Source: a virus
Lineage: Duplodnaviria; Caudoviricetes
DNA: 32,025 nt
IMG/VR virus record: IMGVR_UViG_3300042470_000626
Coordinates: 1-32,025 of that record
Strand: one strand, 5' to 3'
Made by a program: the position numbers and the translations under genes. The notes beneath the pieces were generated by a model, which did no database searches, was not told the origin of the DNA, and saw only the letters and a program-made list of their open reading frames with translations. Positions 16,013 through 23,466 of the stretch are shown one piece after another (position 1 is the first letter of the stretch; each line of letters begins with the position of its first letter).

Positions 16013-16867
16013 TTGACGCTGCACCAGCTTCTTAGCGATCTCTACGCCCCGCTGAAGGGAATCAGCGATCGCACGGTTTGCATCTACGAGATGACGATCA
16101 AGAAGTATCGTCAATTCCTGGGCGGCGTCGAGCCGACAGTAGAGCAACACCTGGATGAACTGGAACTCGCCAAGTTCCTGGCCTGGCGTCTGAAGACGCG
16201 GTCGGTCGGGACGGCAGCGAAAGACAGGGCGCAGTTGCACGCGCTGGCAGAGTTCGCCGCCCGCCGTGGCCTCTGCCCCTGGCCGCAGATGCGCACGATC
16301 CGCGTGCCGGAGCGGGTGCCTCGAGCGTGGCTGATCGACGAGTTCAGGAAACTCCTCGTCGCCTGCGACGGCGAGCAGGGCGAAATCTGCGGCGTGCCGG
16401 CGGCCCTCTGGTTCCGCTCGATCCTCCAGGCCGCGTACTGGACGGGTGAGCGGATCGGCGGCCTGCTGGCGCTCGAGTGGCAGGACGTCGAGCCGCAGGC
16501 GGTGGTCTTTCGCGCCGAGGGCCGAAAGGGACAGCGAGCCGACATCTACCGACCGATCCCACCAGAGTGCTACGAAGCCATCATGGCGACGAGGACGAAG
16601 CGAAAACTTGTCTACGACTGGGATCGCAGCTACACCCTGATCTGGCACCGCCTCGGCCGCATCTGCGAGCGGGCGGGTTTGCCAAACGACCGGATGAGCA
16701 AGTTCCACCGGGTCAGGAAGACGTCGGCTTCGTATTACGCCGCAGCCGGCGGCGACCCGCAGACGCTGATGGGCCACTCCAGTCCGGCCGTCACGAGGAA
16801 GTACCTGGACCCGAGGATCGTGCGGCCCGACACGAACGCACCCGACGTCCTGCCGAAAGTCAGTTAG
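16013..16867 (+). CDS. int: Tyrosine recombinase/integrase
   Basis: TGER (R), RKG (K), HRVR (HxxR), LMGH (H) and TRKY (Y) catalytic set; TTG start with GAGGGAG upstream. Confidence 0.93.
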   Translation: MTLHQLLSDLYAPLKGISDRTVCIYEMTIKKYRQFLGGVEPTVEQHLDELELAKFLAWRLKTRSVGTAAKDRAQLHALAEFAARRGLCPWPQMRTIRVPERVPRAWLIDEFRKLLVACDGEQGEICGVPAALWFRSILQAAYWTGERIGGLLALEWQDVEPQAVVFRAEGRKGQRADIYRPIPPECYEAIMATRTKRKLVYDWDRSYTLIWHRLGRICERAGLPNDRMSKFHRVRKTSASYYAAAGGDPQTLMGHSSPAVTRKYLDPRIVRPDTNAPDVLPKVS

Positions 16868-17171
16868 CCTCCACCGGCAGCAACGCCACCGCCTCGCTCC
16901 AAGGGATCACCTCCACCGCAGGCAGCAACATCGCCTTGTCGGCCGCTTCCCACATCGCATGCAGCCATCCGCCCGGCTGGATCGCATAGAGCAGCGTGGC
17001 TGGGAGCATGAGCCTGCCGTCTGTGAGTTGTCGCGGCATGGCGATGCAGTCTGGCCTGCCGTACTCGGCGTGCAGTTCCGCGAGCCGCTGGGCCAGTTGC
17101 GGCGAGAACACCAATGCGTGTTCTCGGCAGAACTGTTCGGACGGCGGGAGTTCGATGTCGGAGAGGGTCAT
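16860..17171 (-). CDS. Hypothetical protein, possibly fibre-associated
   Basis: ATGA-coupled to the LamG protein; its end overlaps the integrase end convergently. Confidence 0.7.
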   Translation of the reverse strand: MTLSDIELPPSEQFCREHALVFSPQLAQRLAELHAEYGRPDCIAMPRQLTDGRLMLPATLLYAIQPGGWLHAMWEAADKAMLLPAVEVIPWSEAVALLPVEAN

Positions 17172-19567
17172 ACTCGCCCCAGTGCGGCCTGGAAGGTCGT
17201 CATTGCAGAGTTAAAAGACTGCACCTGCCCGGCATCCATCCCAAGACCAACGCTGTATGCGCGTAGCCGCTGCCCGGAGTAGCCAAAGAAGGCTGTGCCG
17301 TTCCATCGAACGAAGACGGTCATGGCTGTAGATGGCAGAGATGCCGTGCTGATTAGTGTCGAACTTGACGCCCGCGAGGTCGCGCCCTCGTAAACCGCAA
17401 ATGCACTTGTGCTGGTGCGCGACGCAGTCCACAAACCGCCGGGAATCGTTGCGCCGTTTGTGGCCGCGATCTGGTACTGGAGACTTGGGTTTGCTTGCCC
17501 AATAGTGCTTGTTACTTCTGTCGTTGGAGTGCTATTCGCGTTTGGATTTAGCCAGAAACGCTCATTTACCGCCGCGTTGATAATCGACAGCGGAAACCAA
17601 TTGCCATTCGCTGGGTGGGCGTAACTAGTCCACACCGCAGACATATGCACGCTGCTTGTTGTCAGCCCAGCGGCGCTCGCGTTGAACCCGGTGTCTAGGT
17701 ATTTCGACGCGGCGTTGCCAAGCAGCCCCCCGCTCGCCCCCGTCTCTGCATAGTCGGTGATGGCGAAGTTGACGTTGGTATCCAGCGTGTTCCCGAACTG
17801 CGTGCCGCCCAGCGACTGCCCGCGATAAAGCGGCGTCCTGACGGCAATCAGCGAAGCGTCAGCGGTGCCGCAGAAGAGATTGAGCCGGTAGAAGCGGTCG
17901 CGGATGTTCGCCTCGTCGATGGCGTTGCAGAACGTATTCACCGCCGTCGCCGTAGTGGACGAGACGGTGCCGCCGTTGGCGTACACGCGGTTGATCCAGT
18001 CTTGGGCATCGGCGTTGCTGACTTGCGGGGCGAGGGTGATGCCCCACTTGGCGGCGAGGTAGCGCGACACACGCAAAACTTCTGCCGCGCTTAGTTGTCG
18101 GTCATAGTAAATAAACTCTGCAATCCCTCCGTTCAGGCCGTAGATATTTGTCGGCAATGAGAGAAGCCTTATCGGATAATCTCCAGAGAACGTCTGGGAG
18201 TCAGTGGTGGCTGTCCCATACACGCCATCCCTGTACGCCTGCCCAAGAGATGTATTGAACAGCGTGCCTGCTATTGCCCACTGGCTGGCCGTGTAAGCCA
18301 TATTCGATGTTGTCTGCGTTGAAATAGTTCCTCCGCGCGTTGCGCAGACAGCAAGCGGCACCTGTTGAATTGCCATGCGAGGCTGGTCGTTTAGGTTTCC
18401 CCGCTGGTATACGCCTTGATTTATCGCGTTCCCTCTAAAGACAGCAATCGCCGTATTTGCGGATGTATAGGCCCAAGATGGTGTTGCAAGTGAAACTGCT
18501 CCTGTGCCGTTGTTGCTGATTGTCGGTTTTGCGTTCAAGGACGCCGTTGAAAGAGTAGCCCTGTTCGCCCCCGTCGCCTGCGTGGCGTGCCTGTTGTTCC
18601 CAGACTTGTCTCTCCAACACCCCACCGGATCGTTGGTCGCCGTTGCCTGTGCGTGGACTCCGCTGATCCCCCACTTCGCGGCGAGGTAGGCTTCGACGCG
18701 GGCGCGGTCGGTGTAACTAAGCATTGCTCCGTAGATGATGATTTCCGCAACGAACCCGGTCGTAGACTGACCGGCAAGCCCAAGGGAAAGATCGGCCGAA
18801 GCGTTTGCAGAACTCGCTGCCCCGCTGTTTATGACAATGTTGTTGCCACCGACGCCGTTCACAAACAGGCGCAGCCGCTCCTGCGCTGTCGCGTTGTTAG
18901 GGTCGAATCGCAGCGACGTTATATAGGCGGCCGTGTCTATTGGCACCGTCGTGTTGTTGATGGAGTCTGCGGCACTACTTCCGCCAACAGCGCGAGAGAT
19001 GCCGCATCGCACCGAACCACTTTGGCCCAGCGATGCCCTGTCGTCCAAAAACACATTAAAACCTGCGTTGATGGACTGCCATCCGTCTGTCGCAAGGAAC
19101 CTTCCCCACTGCTCTGTGGAGGTGGTATTGAATGGTTGAAGTACGACAAAGACCCATCCGCCACTGCCGCCAGATTGGTGCAGCGAGTTCCATGTCGTTT
19201 TATCATTGGCTACCGTCATTTGCGCGGCGGCGTTGAGCCGAATGACGTTTCGGCCGCCTAGCGTGGCTTCCTCCAGCAATGGCTGGCTTGCGGTGGTTGG
19301 TTGAGTGAAATGCTTCCCGCCAACCTTGCCTGCCCATTGACTCACTCGCTTGGTAGTAGGGTCTGCCGTGATGGTTCCGGCATCGCTGGCGTCCCACCAG
19401 CCGATACATCCGGCTATGTCGGTGGGGGCGGCAACTGGACTGGCTCCGGCCGCGTCACTCTGAAACAAAGACGAGCCGTCAGCCGCGTCCAGCCAGAGGG
19501 CGAGGCCAGAGATGGAGCGCGGCGTGAAGGTGCTGCCAGGACGCAGGGTGCGGGGGTTCATGCCCAT
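17168..19567 (-). CDS. Multi-LamG/concanavalin-A-like lectin-fold protein (putative fibre or receptor-binding protein)
   Basis: LWLDAAD..., WRDKSGN, LNGGIAEFIYYDRQLS and two YLAAKWGI motifs; a third beta domain at the C-terminus. Confidence 0.75.
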   Translation of the reverse strand: MGMNPRTLRPGSTFTPRSISGLALWLDAADGSSLFQSDAAGASPVAAPTDIAGCIGWWDASDAGTITADPTTKRVSQWAGKVGGKHFTQPTTASQPLLEEATLGGRNVIRLNAAAQMTVANDKTTWNSLHQSGGSGGWVFVVLQPFNTTSTEQWGRFLATDGWQSINAGFNVFLDDRASLGQSGSVRCGISRAVGGSSAADSINNTTVPIDTAAYITSLRFDPNNATAQERLRLFVNGVGGNNIVINSGAASSANASADLSLGLAGQSTTGFVAEIIIYGAMLSYTDRARVEAYLAAKWGISGVHAQATATNDPVGCWRDKSGNNRHATQATGANRATLSTASLNAKPTISNNGTGAVSLATPSWAYTSANTAIAVFRGNAINQGVYQRGNLNDQPRMAIQQVPLAVCATRGGTISTQTTSNMAYTASQWAIAGTLFNTSLGQAYRDGVYGTATTDSQTFSGDYPIRLLSLPTNIYGLNGGIAEFIYYDRQLSAAEVLRVSRYLAAKWGITLAPQVSNADAQDWINRVYANGGTVSSTTATAVNTFCNAIDEANIRDRFYRLNLFCGTADASLIAVRTPLYRGQSLGGTQFGNTLDTNVNFAITDYAETGASGGLLGNAASKYLDTGFNASAAGLTTSSVHMSAVWTSYAHPANGNWFPLSIINAAVNERFWLNPNANSTPTTEVTSTIGQANPSLQYQIAATNGATIPGGLWTASRTSTSAFAVYEGATSRASSSTLISTASLPSTAMTVFVRWNGTAFFGYSGQRLRAYSVGLGMDAGQVQSFNSAMTTFQAALGRV

Positions 19568-19571
19568 GCGG

Positions 19572-19883
19572 TCAGTTCCTCGTCTGTTCTTCGACCACCG
19601 ACCGCACGACTTGATGCAGTTCGCGCTGCCCGTGTGCCAACTCTTGCAGGGTCACGGCCTGCTGGCGCTGCACCTGTCCGATTTCTTTGAGCGTCTCCGA
19701 TGTCGTGTCCAGGAACTCGACATGGGACTTCACCATCGGCTCGACGACCGTGCCGTGCAGGGCGATCGCAGCCTCGCGGCCAAAGAACATCACGACCGCC
19801 AGAATCACGCACGGCACGCCGAACCTGTCGGCGATGCGGAGAAACGTGTCCAGGACGCTCTGCTTGATCTCCTCCGTCGTCAC
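19572..19883 (-). CDS. Single-TM coiled-coil protein (holin-like candidate)
   Basis: FGVPCVILAVVMFFG hydrophobic segment followed by an amphipathic helix. Confidence 0.55.
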   Translation of the reverse strand: MTTEEIKQSVLDTFLRIADRFGVPCVILAVVMFFGREAAIALHGTVVEPMVKSHVEFLDTTSETLKEIGQVQRQQAVTLQELAHGQRELHQVVRSVVEEQTRN

Positions 19884-19896
19884 GGTAGCCCCCTCG

Positions 19897-20250
19897 TCAG
19901 GTCTTGAGGAGGACGACGCACGACACCGCCGTGCCGGCGGCTTGGCCGGCGACGAGTTTCAGCGCTCCGACGCCGTAGGCGGCGTCGGGGAGGGCGTAAA
20001 CGCGGGCCTCGGTGGCCGATTGGGCCAAGGTGATGTCGGCCGCACTGCCGCTGGCGTCATAGAGCCGGCCGAACGTGCCGTCTGTCGTGCCGCTGCACCA
20101 GAGTTGAATCGAGGTGGCTGCGGTCGCGCCGGTGCCGAGAAGCACCGCGCCGCCGGCAATGTCGTCCCAGCGAATCGTGGTGGCCGCAGCGGTCGCCGTG
20201 GACAGCGTGACGGGGAGAGCCTTGAACTTCCGCCGAATCTTCGGTTCCAT
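19897..20250 (-). CDS. Small beta-rich putative virion protein
   Basis: Ala/Thr/Gly-rich 117 aa; AAGGAGG before the ATG at 20250. Confidence 0.7.
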   Translation of the reverse strand: MEPKIRRKFKALPVTLSTATAAATTIRWDDIAGGAVLLGTGATAATSIQLWCSGTTDGTFGRLYDASGSAADITLAQSATEARVYALPDAAYGVGALKLVAGQAAGTAVSCVVLLKT

Positions 20251-20275
20251 CGCAGGCACCTCCTTGTGCGTTGCG
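20251..20275 (-). promoter_or_regulatory. ANGGAN-hexaloop RBS hairpin (CsrA-type site)
   Basis: CGCA-ac-GCAC-AAGGAG-GTGC-c-TGCG directly before the ATG. Confidence 0.6.
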
Positions 20276-20311
20276 GGCCTCTATGGGCCTCACGGGGCGT
20301 GCTACACGGGG

Positions 20312-20866
20312 CTATACCACCATTGTAGCGGCCAGTAGCCGGCTCATTGCGGCATCGACGGCGGCCTGGAGCGCCAGAATGCCGCCCCCGTTGACGATCT
20401 CGTCGTCGACGTATTCGTCGGGAATGCCGCGCTCGCTCTCGTGGCTCGCCGTCGCGCCATCCAGGACGCCAAAGCCGGGACGCACCACCCGCCACACGAC
20501 GCCGCCGCGGGCCTTGATGGCCGCCGCCTCGTTGGGGAAGCGGACGTCGGTGATGCAGAAATTGACCCCCGGCGAGGACTCGATCTTCTGCATGGTCGCC
20601 ATGACCCAGATTTCGGGATGGATCATGTTTCGGCCCCAGTCGGTGCCGAGGGTCTGAAGGAGTCTCCGGGGCGAGCAACTGATCCACCCGAGTGCGTTCT
20701 CTTTGCGGCTCCTGTCCTGCAACTGCTCAACAGTCAGCCCAGTGATCGCCGACACGGCGTCATAGATCGGATCGGCGAACGCGATCCACCTGTAGCCGCG
20801 GAATGCCAGCCACGCCGCGACCGTGTTCTTCCCCGCCCCGGCGGCCCCGCAGAGTCCAATGATCAC
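20312..20866 (-). CDS. Deoxynucleoside monophosphate kinase (T4 gp1-like)
   Basis: IIGLCGAAGAGKNT, FADPI, RRLLQTLGTDWGR, ITDVRFPNE and HESE motifs; GTG at 20866. Confidence 0.92.
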   Translation of the reverse strand: MIIGLCGAAGAGKNTVAAWLAFRGYRWIAFADPIYDAVSAITGLTVEQLQDRSRKENALGWISCSPRRLLQTLGTDWGRNMIHPEIWVMATMQKIESSPGVNFCITDVRFPNEAAAIKARGGVVWRVVRPGFGVLDGATASHESERGIPDEYVDDEIVNGGGILALQAAVDAAMSRLLAATMVV

Positions 20867-21366
20867 AGCGTCATCTCCTGGCCGTCGAACTTGATCGTCA
20901 CCCCCAGCGGCTCCGCGAGCCACCGCATCGACACGTTCGCCTCGCGGAGCATGGCCTCGGCCTTGACGATGCTCGACGTCCACCGCTCCGGCGTCGCGGC
21001 CCGCGGTTTGACATGGCCGACGACCTCGGTGATCCCGGCCACGATGATCGCCCTGGCACAGTCCATGCAGGCGAACCAGGGGCAGTAAAGCGTCGCCCCC
21101 AGCGTCGGCGTGCCGACCCGCGCGGCCTGATAGATCGCCATCCGCTCCGCGTGTTCGATGTATTCGTACTTCGCCGGCCGCGCGAGCCGATCCGGCGCCG
21201 CCCACACGCCCGCCGGCACCTTGTTGACGCCGACGCAGACGTAGGCCGCGCCCCGCGGCACCAGGATCGCGCCGTTCTGGGTGTGCATATCGTGGCTCCC
21301 CGCAGCGGCCTCCTGGGCGGCGATGCGGAGCCAGTCGATCGGTGTGTTGTAGGGGAGAGTAGCCAT
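20863..21366 (-). CDS. dCMP deaminase-family zinc deaminase
   Basis: HAERMAI and ACMDC (normally PCxxC) motifs, GATLY; ATG at 21366. Confidence 0.9.
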   Translation of the reverse strand: MATLPYNTPIDWLRIAAQEAAAGSHDMHTQNGAILVPRGAAYVCVGVNKVPAGVWAAPDRLARPAKYEYIEHAERMAIYQAARVGTPTLGATLYCPWFACMDCARAIIVAGITEVVGHVKPRAATPERWTSSIVKAEAMLREANVSMRWLAEPLGVTIKFDGQEMTL

Positions 21367-22532
21367 TATTCCGCCCCCGCAACGTGCATCGACACCAGCC
21401 CGCCCTCGGGGCGGTAGAGGAACGTCTCCATGCACTGTCTCGCGCCAATGAAGCCGCCGGCCGAGTGCCAATCGTCTGGCGGGACGACCGTTGGGGCCGT
21501 TCTGACGATGACTCCATCAAGCGTGTCCAGCGGCTTGTTGTTCTCGGCGGCCTGGTGGTGGAGGTGGCCCGTGTGCCACTCCCGATAGACGCTCTCGCTC
21601 CAGGCCGCAGACTGCTCGAGCGCCATGATCTGGGGCAGCTTCCGCTTGGCTTTGTGGCCGTGGCAGAAGCCCAGTAAGTTCCGCCCGTATGGGGCGTACT
21701 GGCGGCCGGTGAACTGCGTTCTCACGTTGACGGACGAAACTCCGCGGTAGCGCTCTAGGAGTATTCGCTGAAACGCCCATGTCAGGACTTCGTCGTGGTT
21801 TCCGTTGACGGTGAAGACGTCCGTCGGGACGGTCGCCGCTGACCGCTCGACGATGCCAAGGAGAACGTCGGAGGCGACGTTGATGACCTTCTGGATGCGT
21901 CCGTCCCGCTCGAGCGGTGTCCCGCTGGTGGTCGTGCCTGCGGGCGTGTCGAAGTGGAACAGGTCGCCAAGGAAGGCGATCGTGCGGAGGGCCGGCTGGT
22001 ACTCGTCCCCAGCGTCAAACAGCCGATTCGTTGCCGCCGTCACTCGCGATTCCGCGATGCCCAGGTCATAGTCGGCGCCGCCGGTCGTCTTGCTCCACGC
22101 ATACGCCCCAAAATGCGTGTCAGAGACGATGAGAACTTGCCAGAGGCCGTCCTTCCGCGTTTTTCTGCTGCGGGCCGCTGGCTTGTGCTGGCGCAGCTTC
22201 TTCCCGGCCGCCTTGATCAACCCCTCGACGCACTCAAGCACTCCAGGCCCGGCCTTGGGCTTGAGGCGAACGAAGACCCGGTGGAGTTCAATGCTGCCGC
22301 CTTCGCCATCGCCACACTCCCACTTCGTGGCCTCGCTGGCCGCCACCTCGTAGCGGGTCATGTCGGCTTCGATATGCCGCAACAAATCTTCGACGGTCTT
22401 GATCCGCCGCGAGGTGCTCTTCGCCTCCAGCGTGTCGCCGTCCTGCCGCTGCGTGACCTGTTCGGAGTCCGCGGCCGGCGTCTCCGCAGGCAGCGCCGAG
22501 ATGATCGCCGCCTTCAGCCCCTTTGCAGCCAT
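21366..22532 (-). CDS. Calcineurin-like metallophosphoesterase
   Basis: SDTHFG, GDLFHFD, GNHD, HGH and GHLHH motifs. Confidence 0.9.
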   Translation of the reverse strand: MAAKGLKAAIISALPAETPAADSEQVTQRQDGDTLEAKSTSRRIKTVEDLLRHIEADMTRYEVAASEATKWECGDGEGGSIELHRVFVRLKPKAGPGVLECVEGLIKAAGKKLRQHKPAARSRKTRKDGLWQVLIVSDTHFGAYAWSKTTGGADYDLGIAESRVTAATNRLFDAGDEYQPALRTIAFLGDLFHFDTPAGTTTSGTPLERDGRIQKVINVASDVLLGIVERSAATVPTDVFTVNGNHDEVLTWAFQRILLERYRGVSSVNVRTQFTGRQYAPYGRNLLGFCHGHKAKRKLPQIMALEQSAAWSESVYREWHTGHLHHQAAENNKPLDTLDGVIVRTAPTVVPPDDWHSAGGFIGARQCMETFLYRPEGGLVSMHVAGAE

Positions 22533-22849
22533 GCTTCGACTCCTGGGAATCCGATCCGGCAGATGCCGCGCTCGTTGAGTTGCTTGGCGATCGCCTTGGC
22601 GAGCGTGCGGCGCGGGGTCTTGATGGCGCCGGCCCGAAACTGCCGCTTGATCTCGTCCAATTCCGCCCTGGCGTCGGGGGCGACGTTGTCGATCCAGTAG
22701 CCGATGCCGTGGTAGGTGTCGGGGAGCGTCGCGACGACGGCGTCAAGGAGACTCGTCGCGGAGGCTCCAGAGGACGCGGGAGATGTCTCTGGCGGCCTCG
22801 GTAACGTGCTCTTCGCTGGCCGTGGGGAACGAGACATGGATGCACTCAT
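22514..22849 (-). CDS. Hypothetical helical protein (start uncertain, probably near 22760)
   Basis: C-terminal 80 aa looks protein-like (SLLDAVV...IGFPGVEAWL); overlaps the phosphoesterase start. Confidence 0.6.
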   Translation of the reverse strand: MSASMSRSPRPAKSTLPRPPETSPASSGASATSLLDAVVATLPDTYHGIGYWIDNVAPDARAELDEIKRQFRAGAIKTPRRTLAKAIAKQLNERGICRIGFPGVEAWLQRG

Positions 22850-23027
22850 GCAGGATCGTCTCCAGGCGGGCGCGGCCCGTGAGCCGCTCGTCGATCAGAA
22901 TCTTCCGCGGCATCTTCGGGTTCTTGGCATCAGGCAAGTACGCCCACCCGGCTGCCCGCCCACGCAGCCGCGTGAAGCGGAGGAGCCATTTGACGCCGTG
23001 GATGGTGAAGTGGTGGTCGCCGGCCAT
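22743..23027 (-). CDS. Minimal zincin-like HExxH protein
   Basis: ILIDERL...LETILHECIH...EE; ATG at 23027. Confidence 0.75.
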   Translation of the reverse strand: MAGDHHFTIHGVKWLLRFTRLRGRAAGWAYLPDAKNPKMPRKILIDERLTGRARLETILHECIHVSFPTASEEHVTEAARDISRVLWSLRDESP

Positions 23028-23049
23028 AGGTAATATCGTGACAAGTAGG

Positions 23050-23466
23050 CTAGGGGTTGTCCACGGCTTTTTGGGCTTCCTTGCCCCACTTGCCAACCGG
23101 GCACTTTTCGTTGGCCCATGACAATTTGCTCACGAACCGCGACTCCCGCACGACCGGGCAACCGCACTTCGAGCACGCCGATCCGTCGTAGAACTCGCAG
23201 CCCTGGCAGATGGCGAATCGCCGCTCCCGCTCCTCGTCGCTGCACTGGGGCATCCCGGCGGCGATGTGCTTCGCGGCCGAGGTGGCGAAGTTCGCGGCCT
23301 TAGAGAGCATGGATGGAGCGGCAACAGCCGCCGCCGATGGCTCGCCGTCTTTGCTGTCGTCGCTGCTAGAAATAATCCTCGCGCGTCCATCTGACAGTGC
23401 GGCGTATAGTTCTTGAGATGTTAGCGGCCTGTCGCCTCGCTCCACTGCGATCACAAAGTTTTTCAT
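23050..23466 (-). CDS. Cys-rich protein with a DUF6171-like C-terminal domain
   Basis: RFAICQGC...CSKCGC...CPVGKW; ATG at 23466 in an ATGA overlap. Confidence 0.75.
   Translation of the reverse strand: MKNFVIAVERGDRPLTSQELYAALSDGRARIISSSDDSKDGEPSAAAVAAPSMLSKAANFATSAAKHIAAGMPQCSDEERERRFAICQGCEFYDGSACSKCGCPVVRESRFVSKLSWANEKCPVGKWGKEAQKAVDNP

Noticed and set aside
15671-16777. 557-aa minus-strand ORF 15104..16777 as a single gene
   Set aside because: The portion upstream of 15670 is the antisense shadow of the integrase and crosses attP; only the part from ATG 15670 looks like a protein.
20312-21520. Possible kinase-deaminase fusion (402-aa ORF)
   Set aside because: The N-terminal half is an out-of-frame overlay of the deaminase gene; the two genes meet at an ordinary GTGA overlap and no slippery site is evident.
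22743-23027. HExxH protein as the endolysin
   Set aside because: It is very short and lacks recognisable M15/M23/amidase/lysozyme motifs; no endolysin can be supported in this window.
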